Of a stretch of DNA of 64,000 nucleotides, positions 46,743 to 59,600 are shown piece by piece; the stretch's first letter is position 1; each line of letters begins with the position of its first letter. The notes beneath the pieces were generated by a model. It was not told where the DNA came from, did not search any database, and saw only the letters and a list, made by a program, of their open reading frames with translations. This DNA is from Ministeria vibrans ATCC 50519 (Eukaryota; Protista; Filasterea), in assembly GCA_943704425.1 (NCBI GenBank), contig CALSCP010000408.1, positions 53,973 through 117,972 of the forward strand, in the 5' to 3' direction. The position numbers were made by a program, and so were the translations under genes.

Positions 46743-49700
46743 ATGGTTGCCATTAATATTGCTTCTGTTGTTGTTGCGCTGCTGTGTGGCTCCATCATTC
46801 ACGTGGGCGCCACGCACTATGCGGAAAAATCCACCACCTCTTCGTCGTCTCGGATGGACTCGGACTTGCCTTTCAACATTTCAAATGCTCGCTGTGTCTA
46901 CTACACTCCCGGTGTCATTGGCCTCAACGGCGACAATGGATACGCCAACTTCTTCGCGTCTGCCTACTCCGATATTCACCGACGCGATTTGCGCGCCATT
47001 GCCTCGTTTGCAAACTGCATTCGCATCAGCGGCCTGCCTAACAAGCCTCCAAAGCCCTTTTTCCGCATCGTCGATACATTCAAGCTTGACGTCATTGCCA
47101 CATTCAGCTCCTCAAGGTTCGAAGAAGAAAAAAAATCTCCGCAAAAAACAAAAAAAAATACCCCCATGGACATCTGTGGGTCAATAGGTTTGAGTATGGC
47201 TTCTTTCAGGACATTCCCGTCATCCCGTGTAGAAGTTTAATGTTTTATGGGCAAAGCGTTGTGCTGCCCTCTGCTTCGTATTTCGACTTTCGTCTTGTTT
47301 ATGCTTTGAGCTTTCTACACACTTATTCATTTTTATTTTTGTAGATACGATTTGCTGTACTCAGAATCGCGCGGGTCTCGCTCCGTCCTTGTCCACGACT
47401 TCCATGAGTTTATCGGCCAATACCGCCTGCTGCCCGCCATCAAGTGGTGGGCGCTGGTTGACATCGAAACGGCGCTGCCCACGTTCTCGCCGTATGCCGC
47501 CGCCCAGATGTTCCTCACCCTCTCCGCCTTGACCACAGCCGCGCGTGTGTATGATTCACGGCCCATCATCATGCCGGTGTTCCTCGCAGGCATCCAGAAT
47601 TTGGATTACGTGGGCGACTTTGACACGCTCGACTTTGACATTTGGCTTTTCAACATCGACAACTTGTCTCCCACAGGCTATATCGAGCGAGCGACAGGTG
47701 CGCTCGCGCACGCTCACCACCAACGCCCCGTTATCGTTCAATTCACCTCGTCGCCGTGGGACTTTGACACCAACATGGCGAATGACAGGAAGCAAACGAC
47801 AACCATCCACGAGCTCCTTGCCGCAACCAAGTACATCAATGCCCAGACCCCCACGTCGCAGGCCATCGTGGGCATCATTTTGCAGGAGTGGGCTGACCAG
47901 TGGTGGCGCAACGAGCCAACTTCGAGTATCAAGACGTGTCAGACGGCGCATCCTTACGTCCAAGCCCCCTGCGGCACTGCACAATTCCTCGCTTCCCTTG
48001 GCAACATCTCCCTCGCGTCTGACCTTACGACAAACAACTACAATGGTCTGGCTGCCCAGTACAACCTCTATGGCTCCCATTGCCTCCGTGTGCGCCTTGC
48101 CGGTGCCAATATCAGTGCCATTTGGGCGCAGGAGACAGGTCGAGGTCCGCCCCTCAGCGAGAATCAAACTTTATGCTCGACACAAGTGTTCGCTCTCGTC
48201 GACTACGCAAACCCTCACATCGTCTGGGTTTGTCTCTTTCCCTTGCCTCTTCTGCTTTTCGTCTCTCTCTTCTTCTATTGTCGCAACGCCACTAAAAAAA
48301 GCAAACACGACCCCACCGCCATCGGATGCGATCCGCACGACGACCGAGACGATCGTGACTTGGTGGTTCTGGGTGACTTTGACCTTGACACGGGCAATTT
48401 GGAAGCACTCTCGGGTACCCTGCAGGACTTGCGTGACAAGTATACATCACTCAAAGCGTGCCAGGACACACTTGTCGTGACCCTCTGGAGTAAGGATGGC
48501 TCCGACGCAGACCTAACCTCTCCGGCTTCAGTTCCACGCAACAGCGAACTCATGGACGCCCTGAGTCTCCTCGAGACTCGTTGTACGCGTACTGGCACCC
48601 CTACTTTGATTCCTTGCTCCACCGTCGACGACGACGACGACGACGACGACATGCCATCTCCTCCTCCAACCACCTCAACTAACGCACCCAATGCGAAATT
48701 GCTACGACGTCAGGAAAATGCCCAGAATGCGCTCAGCCGAGCACGAGAGAACAACTACGAGCTCCTTCGTGGCTGGGCCAGTGATCTCGCTTCGTGTCGT
48801 GACGATATTGCGCTTGCTGCGAGGCTTCTCGACACGGCGGAGCACCAGCTCAACAATGTGTTTACCCACGAAGCTCACGGCGCCGGTATCTCGTCCGTGA
48901 CTTTCAATGACATCATTGATGCGCTGCGTTCTGCCCGCGCATTGCTCAAGGAACTGCGGGGCCTTCCAGTTACCTTTGCCGAGACCATCAATCAACACAA
49001 CCGCGCGCTCGTTCTTGCCAGTGTTCCCTTCGACGCGTCTCACCTCGCCGACTCTATCGGGCTTGTTCTCGACGCCAACGGCTGGTCTGTCAAGTGCAGC
49101 GTATGGAGACCTCGCGCCCTTGACGGCTCCATCAAGCTTCATCTTGGTGCGCACGACACCGAGAGCTACCTGTGGATTGGGAGTCACGTTGAGAACCAGC
49201 TGCGCCTTTGGCGCGATCGCATTCACTCTTTTTGCCTTCAACGCACAACTTGTGTCGCGCCTGCGGGCGCCGGTCAGGTCCGGCGCCTTCTCACTCCCTA
49301 CGACCTCTGGCGCTTGCTTGTGATGCGCCCAAAGAAGCTGTACGGCCTTGACTTGGACTCTCTGTTGCGTGACAAGCTTCGCGCCAACACCCGCGACCCA
49401 AACGCCACTCCTGGCACATTATCCGTCGACAGTCCCGTTGCCTCTGCTCTTATTCTTCTCTTTGGCATTGTGGGCAGCGTTAGCGAGCAGATTATTTACT
49501 GTCCCGCCGCCCTCTGGTACAAGTATCAACAAATTCTGAATTCAGGCGATACGGTCATATTGGCTGATCGCATTGAGCTTGATCTCAAGCCATTAGTCGA
49601 GCCGTCGCTTTCAACTCCCGAGGCCCTTCGATCAGCCTCTTTGGGCACCGACACAGCAGCGAGTGCAGCTCGGCGCAACGGTTCGGAGGACGCCCCGTTG

Positions 49701-52700
49701 CTCAGGAGCACGCGCTTCGACGATGACTTCTTCCTGAGTCTTGAGCGAATTCACGCGCGCCGTACCTTTGACGACGTTCATTTTGACGACATTGACGACT
49801 TCTATGCCCAACTTCTTGGGCCGTCAACCGCAGGGGTTTTGGAGCAACGACCAACGAAGCACTTTCACGAGTCCCCCTCCATTTTTGTTTTGATCGATCT
49901 ACTGCGCAACGTCTCGTCGCTTATTCTCATCAAAATGTGGGTGCTGGTGGCCGCTTTTTTTGCGTCCCTTGCATACCACATTGCCTATCCGGATCCCGTT
50001 GTTGTTCTGGCACTTACCTACGACGTTGTTGCTCTGTACGGTGCCACCATCGACTTCTGTGCGTGGTTCGCCGTCGAACTTCTCTCTATCTTGCACTTGC
50101 TTGCGTCGCGCCGCACCAACCGTCATCTCTGGACAGCGCTGCGTGGCGCCTGGGTTGCCGCACCACTCGTGGCCTCCACTCTCAACTTTGCCTTTGGTTT
50201 GCTTGCCTTTTACCTTGCTCCATCAACTCTTCTTCAGGCGGCCTATCCCGCCTTGCGCGTCTCCTACTGTCTCATTTTTCAGTGCATTGTACCCCGCACC
50301 AAATTGTTTGACTATTTTGCCACGGACCGCGCGAAATTGACCCCGGTTGTCGGTCATACGCGGCGCCTTGCAATCCTCTGGTTTGCCATTCTTTGCACGT
50401 CTTTCCTCCTCGATTTTGGCCTTTTTGTGCCTAGCTTGCTGGGCGTAACACCCTCTTCGATGTGCAACCTTGCATGCCAGACGAGCACGGGTACACTCGA
50501 GTTTGTCTTCCACTCCAACGTGTGCATCGCGTGCACCTTGGGTGTCCTCTGCGTCTGGCTGTTGGTCGTGCTCTCCTCGTATGTCGCCGTGTTCATTCTC
50601 TACTCGCTGTTCATCAGTTGCTACGGCGTCATCGTTGGCTTCAATCGAAAACTCCCTGGCAGCGGCCTTCATGCCACCAAGGGCTCCTTTTCCATTGGTC
50701 CCAAGGGCGAACAGGGCGCTACCTTTGCGCGACACTTTGCCTTGCCTAGTAGTGATGGTTCCCGCTTTTGGGGTCCCTGTAATGAGATGTGGCGTGCGGC
50801 CATTCTTGACTTGCACGAACGTTCGTTGATTTTTGAAAGCGAAGCGCGCAGTCTGCTTAGCACCACGGGCTCCGTTGAGTTTTCCAACCTTTCAAATCTG
50901 TCAAGCGTGGCACAGCGTCGCCTCTGGCGCCTTTGTAGCGACAGCTACACTGAAGGAGACTCGCGGCGCATGCGTCTCCCGTCGCTCAAGTGCGACGCGC
51001 CCCTTGTTTCACAGATTGTGCTGTGCTACTCGGAGACGATTCTGGAGGATTGGGCCAGCCTTGTTGACATGACCATGGGAGCGGGCGAGTGGTGTCGTTT
51101 GCATTTTCTTGTGCGCGAGGCCCCCGACGAATGGGCCGTCTTTTGTGAGCATCTGCAGAAGTTGGCAATTGCACGACTGAACCCCAGGTCGGCAGGAGGC
51201 GAGGGTGCGCCGTCCACGCCCGCCGACGAGTCGCTCGTGTTTGACCACACTCCTTGGTATGGCTATTCGGCGACGGCGAGTCCCGCCGAGCGCGACTTCC
51301 TTGTGCGCTTGCTCGGCGATGGCTCGCCCACGCACGCCTCACTCGCCGACTTTGCCACCAATCTTCTGCAGCAGATCCCGTACACCTCGCCGGAAGCTCT
51401 CGGTATGTTCCAGGACAAAATCCGCTTGTGGGCAAGCTTTCGCAGTCAGACCCTGGCACGCACCATCCGAGGCGCAGTGACGTACCAGAAGGCTGCGCGT
51501 GCTCGCGAGCATTCACGTCTCTGTGTGGCCAACAGTGCGTGGCGTCGCGCCGCTGATGCGCTGCTTGATCTGCGCAAGGACAACCCGCATGCAATCTGGT
51601 GTGCGCCGGCCTTTGACGAGGTGGTCAAGGACAAGGGCGAACTGGACGACGAGGGATTGTGTGAGTTTCGCAGTGTTGTCGAGCAGTTTGAGCCACGCGG
51701 TCAAATTGTCTTTTCTCACCAAACGTTTGGTAAGCGAGACAACGACAGAGTGCGCGCCGACGTCTTGCGCGTATTGCATGAGTATCGACACTATTGGGTT
51801 GACTTGGTCTTCGACGTGGCGCTCGACGACGGTGACCGAAATCCACTTGTGCGTCTCATCAAGGCGCATCACGACAACCGCAACCTGAGTATTGGTGGCA
51901 ACATTAAGTATGCCTCGTGTGTGGGACGCTTGATGCGCAACAAAGCTGGCAGCACTGTTGAGTGGAATGGACTTGATGGCAATGCCCTAGATCACTTCCA
52001 ACTTGTCTCATGCGTGTTTCGCCGCTACCCCCTGCGTCTGGGCGACAGCAAGTTTCCTTTCCAGACGCAAGGCAAGCCGGCCAACCAGATTCTCGCGCTG
52101 CACGGCGTGTGTGGTCCAGCCGTGGTCTGCATGGATGCGAATCAGGACGGCTTCGTGAGCGAGTGTCTACGTCTGCCCGACGTCGCGTCATGCCTGTTCA
52201 CAGTGGCGAAGAACAGCAAATTCGAAGACGGAGACGACACGCCAGTCATTGGGTCACGCGAAGATGTCATGACGGAGCGGCAGAGCCTTGTTGGCTGCTT
52301 GATGGCTCAAATTGAGGAGACCTTTGGCTCGCTGACCCAGCGGTCATTGGCCAGCCTTGGCATCCGCCTGCACTACGGACACCCGGACCTTCTCAGCCTT
52401 TTGTTTATCCTGAGCGCCGGTGGCCTCGCCAAAGGTTCGCCCGTGGTTCATCTCAGCGAAGATGTGACCACCGGCTACCGTGTGCTCATGGCGTTACGTG
52501 AGTGGTGTGGCCACTCGGATGAACCTGTGTGGCTAAAGGGGCGCGAGACGGCCTTTCGCGCGGCCACACAGTTTTTTGACAAGATCGCCATGGGCTCGGT
52601 GGTTTTGATGCAGACGCGTGAATTGCAACTTCTCTACAGCCGCATGGGTGTGTTGGGCTCGGCAAGCATGTTTTTCAGCACGACCGGCCACTTTATGTCG

Positions 52701-54271
52701 CAGTTTCTGATGGATTTTGGTATTTTTCTGTACGTGCTGACGTTCCTCTTTCTCTCGCTTGGCCAGATCAGCATTATGACTATTGGTCTCGTTGGATCCA
52801 CTATTGCCGCCGAGTGGGTCATTGGCTTTGGTGCACTGCTGGCTGTTTCCTTTCTCTTCTACTCCGTTCTCGAGCGCCACCTCGAGGGTCTTTTCCCGTT
52901 CGTGGCCACCTTTGTGCAAGGATCGCTTTTCTTTGCATTCAACATGCGCACCACTGCATCAGCTGTGTCCAAAGCGGTGCGCACGGGTCTCGCAGAGTAC
53001 GTGAGCACGGGCCGTCCGCTGCCGTACGAGCGACCCTCGCTCGTCGACCTGTACCACTACTACCGCACGCCCGCTTACTGTCGCGCCATCAACATTCTCA
53101 TCATGTACATTCTCTATCGTGGCCTCGTCGACGAGTCAGGCGGCTACCTTCCCATGTTCCTCCCACTCATCGCCGTCAGCACGTTGCTCCTTCTCCCCAT
53201 TCTGTTCTCTCCCTTCCCCGCCTCCTCCATTTCCGCCGTCCAAGACGCCTTTCTCTTTCTTTTTCGCTACAACGCCAAGGACGACCGTGACAACGACGAG
53301 GTACCCAAACGCATTCGATGTTGTTATTATAATTATTATTATTAATTTTATTGTTATTGTTATTGCATTATACTTAATATTATTATTATTGATTTTCTCT
53401 CGCATTGATTGGTGTTGTTTAATAGCAAAAGAAAGCGCGGCTTGCAAACGCGAGTGAAGGCGCCACTCTGTTTGAGAAGGGCCGGCGCGAGATGCGCAGT
53501 GAGGTTGCCATGGACCATTGGGTTTACTGGCCGACGCGAGTGCTCTTTGAGCTCGCCGCTTGTCTTGTGCTCTTTTCCGTCGCCTACTCCAGCTTCATTG
53601 ACTACCTCTTCTTCTGGCTACTTGCTCTTGAGATAACCATCATTGTGACAGTGCTTCGACGATTTCGGCCCAACTCGTTCACTCACTTGTTGTTTCTTCT
53701 CGCGCCCATTCTTACTCTGTTGTTGGCGCCCGTCAACTTTCTGGCCTTTCCCATTCTTGGCATTGAGCTACTCTACAGCGGTCTCCTGTACGCCTCTGCA
53801 ACACGGCTGATCATTTCGATCTTTCAGCTGGTCCTCAAAGCGTTTGAATCCATCTTGCATCCGCGTCGCGTGCGCCAGCGACACGCCGCGCTCAACCAGT
53901 GCGATGGCACACTGCGGTACGTGACGCTAAACGATCTCCATGATGGGCTGGATCGTGCTGCACGCGAGGCGCACGAGCCATCGCCCCTTGTGCTTAGTGC
54001 CATGGACTTTGTCTTTGAGGCTAGCATGCTGTTTCATCTTGAGTGGCTCCGTGCTCTCGTTGTCTTCTCCATCCAGAGCGCCCTGCTCCTCGTCATGGCG
54101 CTTCTCGATCTGCTGCTAGGCCTCCCGTCCGCCCTCTACTTCCACACTCCCTTTTTCCTGGGTGGCGCTCTTTTTGGACGCTTCTCCCTTGCTCCCCTCC
54201 GGCGTCAGGTTGCCGATGCCGCCGACGCGCGTGACCGCCGACTCCCCAAAAAGCAAATTGGAAAGCGATAA
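46743..54271 (+). CDS. 1,3-beta-glucan synthase (GT48, FKS/callose synthase type) with N-terminal signal peptide and GH-A-like barrel (exons 46743-47116, 47345-53300, 53426-54271; ~2390 aa)
   Basis: IRLWASFRSQTLARTIRG, QGKPANQ, MDANQD..SECLR, GSRED, EETFGSLTQR, RLHYGHPD, VHLSED, KGRE, YVSTGR; multi-TM blocks on both sides of the core; N-terminal VYYTP...HRRDL...NCIRI...QEWADQWWR. Confidence 0.9.
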
Positions 54272-54901
54272 ACAACATAATTATTATTATTATTTTATTA
54301 TTTTTATTCCCCTCCTATCATCAGAGAGAAAAGTGCTGTGTTCTCCTTCTTTCAGTTTGTAATCATTGCAATTGCCTCACTGATACATGGTTGTATCAAT
54401 TGCACTTGTGCTCGCGTGAAGTGCCTATCAGACGTAAAATATTGATTAGCAGAAGAACAATGCAACCAAAAAAGCTCGGATTCTATAGTAATACTAAGGA
54501 GAATTTGTTGATCTATAGGCACTCCATGTGTTGGGGGTTAGTCTACGGCAGAAGTATTACATTGCTCTTTATTGTAATGAATGTCAAGAAAAACTTTCAT
54601 TTCACTTCATATAAACAAACAAAGATAATATTATAATATTATAATTATAATACATTTCTATTAGACAGTGAGTATTAGTACTATTATAAAGTGTTGTGCT
54701 GCCCTTTGTGTTGTATATAGTTTTGTTTTGACATTGAGTACAGCTCTTGATTCTCTATTTATTTTCCTATTACAAAGAATAATAATTTTATTTGTTGTCT
54801 CTCCGTTCAGTCGTTCTCTTAGGTTCGATCTACGGTGGACCAGCAGACGGCAACCGCGCCCTCTCCCCTCCCCCCCCCCCCCCCCCCCCCCTCTCCCCGC
54901 C

Positions 54902-55672
<771 letters not shown>

Positions 55673-55683
55673 TGATCTCTTAC

Positions 55684-56450
55684 GCGATCGTAGACGGCGT
55701 TGATGTAGAACATGTCGAGGTTTGCGTCAGGTAACAACTTGTCGACTTCGCTGACAAACGTTGCGCCATAGTCGTCGCTTCGAAACAGCGTCGAATTCGC
55801 CGAGTCCCACGCCATGACAATGATCACCGACGAGTTTCCCACCCAGTCAATGTACATTCGTCGTGAGAGCTTATCCACAAACTCAAACTAGGAAAAAAAA
55901 ACAAACCAAAATGAACTTGATGAAAATTGAACCATAAAAATACAGAGTGACAAGTCACCGCAAGCGGTGTAGAAGAGAAACAGGTCAAAGACAAGCAGCA
56001 AGACGCCATCGACAAACGGATTGGCAGCGAATGTCATAAATCAGACGTTTCGTGGGAAAAAAAAAAGAGAAAAAAAGGGCAAAAGTATTGAAGAAGAAAC
56101 AATAGCAGGAAAGACGGGGCAGAAGAAGTGAGGAGAAGAAGGGCTGGAGGATGGGTTGAGGGTACCTCGTGTTCGGTGATGGCAACCGGGGCGCGCTGGG
56201 TGCGGTGTACGAGGGACGCGAAGGGTTCGACCAACGCGTCGCGGTCGTCACTGGCGTCGATGAGGTCGCCGCGGGCGGCATACTGCATGCGGTCGCGTGC
56301 GGTTGCGCCGTGGTGGATGGCAAAGGCTGCGCCGCTGGAGGGGGCCGATGGGGACTGCGAGAGAGGAAGTTGGACATATTCGGACGAAGCCGCAATTTGA
56401 CAGACGAGAGCGAGTACACACGCAGCGCCCAGCGGGATTGCGTGCCTCAT
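55684..56450 (-). CDS. VPS10-domain receptor (SORL1/sortilin-like), N-terminal part only
   Basis: Signal peptide MRHAIPLGAACVLALVCQIAA, propeptide-like segment ending RTQR, then MYIDWVGNSSVIIVM...LFRSDDYGATF (Asp-box), as at the start of the SorLA VPS10 domain. Confidence 0.7.
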
Positions 56451-56695
56451 CGACTGTGGAGAAGTGATGATGAACAAGAAGAAGCAAAACTTGGAATGAT
56501 CAATGACGAGGTGACGGACACAACGCTGTCAACGAGATCGCTCCGCAGTGAATGAACTCTCTGATTATATTTTTGGGTGTCCCGATCAATTATCTAACTG
56601 TCAACTGACCTGATAAGTGATAACAGATTGATTCACATTTATTGAGTTTGACGGTACAGCCTGAGTCCAAGAGTCAACCTGTTGTGCACGCCGTC

Positions 56696-59600
56696 ATGAT
56701 GCCGTGGCCTGTCCTCCTGCTGGTGCTTCTTGTCCACGGCGTCGGCGCTGGCAATTGCGGTGCGCGACAAGTTCTCACCTCAACGCACGGCCTGCTCGGC
56801 GACGGCCCATTAAACTACGCCAGCCGAGCCGCCTGCGAGTTTCACATTGTTGGTGGAAGCTCCCTGGCGGGTGCGCCCAACGCCATTGTGCTCACTTTCG
56901 GCTCGTTTGCCACCGAGTGTGCCTACGACTTCCTCTTCGTGTACGACGGCGATACCTTTGGCGCTCCGCTCCTCGCCGCCTTCACAGGCAACCAGGTACG
57001 CTGCTGGTTCATCGCCACTACAGACGACGCGTTTCCTCCTCTCAAATTCTCCGTCGTGTGTCTTACTTTCGCTTCTCTCTCTCTGTATCACTTTGTTCCA
57101 TTCTCTCTCTCACTTTGTTTCTCTCTCTATCACTTTGTTTCTTTCTCTCTATCACTTTGTTTTTCTCTCTCTCTATCACTTTGTTTCTTTCCCTCTCCTC
57201 TCTCTCACACTCTCTTTTCATCTTGCCTCCTTGCAGCTTCCGCCTATGGTCGTTGCGCGCTCAGGTCACATGCTCGTGTACCTGTACGGCGACGTCAACT
57301 ACAGTCTTGACGGCTTCTCTGCCGAGTATTTTGTCTCGCCCTGTCCCCTCAATTGCTCCGACCATGGCGTGTGTCTGAGCAACGGTGTCTGTCAGTGTGA
57401 CCCCGATCGAACAGGCGAAGCGTGCGAAATCGAGCGATGTCCCAATGACTGTGGTTCGCACGGCGCCTGTGTGCAGGGTCGATGTTCGTGCCACGCAGAC
57501 TATGCGGGTCCCTCGTGCAATGTGAGCGACTCATCCTTGTTTGTGTGGTCACCACTCATGAACGGTCCCGCGCGAGGCGACGCCGAATTGCCCGCGCGTG
57601 CTAAACACGCCATGACGTATCTGGACGCCGACGATGTCGCCATTGTCTTTGGTGGCCATGGTCTGTCGCAAACATTCAATGACGTGTGGATGTTACTTGT
57701 GAGCTCACTCAAGTGGCGTCTACTCGCGCCGACCACAACAGCTCAGCCCGTCGCTCGTTACGCGCTCGGTTTTGCGCCGCTTTCAAGTCCCTTTCCCGCC
57801 TGGCTCGTGTCCGCTGCCACATCCTCGCCCACACACATATTTATTGCGTTTGGAGGATTAAATGGCACTGCATGGCCTCTGGGCGATGCCTGGCTCATGA
57901 CACTGAGCGCTACGCCTTCCGCGAGCAGCGCCTCCTCCATTGAGTGGCACGAAGCGGCGGCTGCGCCCGAACCACGGGCGGGCCACTCGTGCACCGAGGT
58001 GCCCGATGGCCGCGTCATTGTACTCGGGGGTTCGACAACGCGCGCAGCTTATGCTTTTGGGAGCCTCGAGTACACACCGACAACGAACGCGTGGCGGTCG
58101 CTTTCGCCCATCGGCACTGGACCCGGCGGCCTCTATGGGCACTCGGCGTTGCTTGTCGAGCACTTGTCCGCCATCCTCGTGTTTGGTGGCGCATCGCCTG
58201 TTACCGCGTCCTTCTCGCTCACGACCGATGCTCTCTACTTGTATCACTATGGCGAACACCGTTGGACTTCCATTGTCCCGGCGGGCGACACCTTCCTGCC
58301 TGTCACCAATGTGATGCCTACCGCTCGGTCGTTTGCGGCCGCAGCCATGCTGACACCAACGCGTCTGATTGTCGCCGGCGGCTACGAGCATCGGCATTGG
58401 CTTGATGAAACGTGCTATGGCAGTGACACATTCATGTTTGACCTCGCTTGCGGCACCTGGGTGAGATACTCGGAGCCGCTGGCGCGTACCATTTTGCCTG
58501 TCGTGCCCCAAGGATTCACCTTTGCCAACGGCACCCTCTCAAGCGTCCACTATGCAGCGGAGTGGGGTCGTTTTGGACACACGGGCTTTGTACGACAACG
58601 CTCGTCCGCCAATGGAGCAACACGGCCCGCACAATTTGTGGTCCTTGCCGGATTTTCGGGGGTTGCGCGGCACGATATTTCCTTCATGAATGTGCCCTTG
58701 AACGCCTCACACTCGTGCACACAGTTGCCGCCGACCGCATCCAACTGCTATGCGGACACCGAGTGTTCGTGGTGTGCGCGGAACAGCTCTGATGTGGGCG
58801 TCTACACGAATGGAACGTGTCTCGCTGGCGAGACTGCCGCTTGGCTCGAATGCGATAGCGAGGCGTCCACCGCCAACACCAGTGTTGCGCTGCTGACGCG
58901 TGTGTGTGCCGATCCCTGCAGCAACACTCACTCGTGCATCGAGTGTGCCCAGAGTGTTGCCTGCGGCTGGTGCGGTGGCTCGGCCACCTGCATGGCTGCG
59001 AGCGATCTGCCCACGGAATGCTTCAGTGTAAGAGTGACGTCGACCGACGCTTGTCGTCTAGAATCGCGCACGAATGGCACATTGTCATTTGAGCGATGGG
59101 ACAGCATTGGCGGTATTGGTATGTATGCGTTGCAGACGGCCGCCTCCTTCCCACTGTATCCAACGCTCACGGGTCGCTTGAGTGCCTACGACACAGGCAC
59201 ACTGCCGCAGAATACAGGCGCACGACTGCGCGGCTTCATTGTTCCGCCCGTCTCGGGCACTTACACATTTGCCGTGGCTGCCGACGACACTGCCGATCTG
59301 TACTTGTCTTCAAGTCCCTTTCCGACTGCGGTGGAGACAGCGACGGTGATAGCGAGTGTGCCAGGCTGGACACACGCGAATGAGTATGACAAGTACTCAG
59401 CGCAAATTTCACCTCCTCTCATCCTTCAGGCGAATCGCTGGTATTACACCGAGCTGCGCGTGAAGAATGGCGTTGGTGACGGGTTTGCCACAGTCGTGTG
59501 GACTGCGCCCGCAAGCAGTGGTATTTCGCCCGATTCGATTGTTGGCAATTCGTACATTTGGCCGTGGACCAGTGGCAACTGTTCCAACTTACCTACATGC

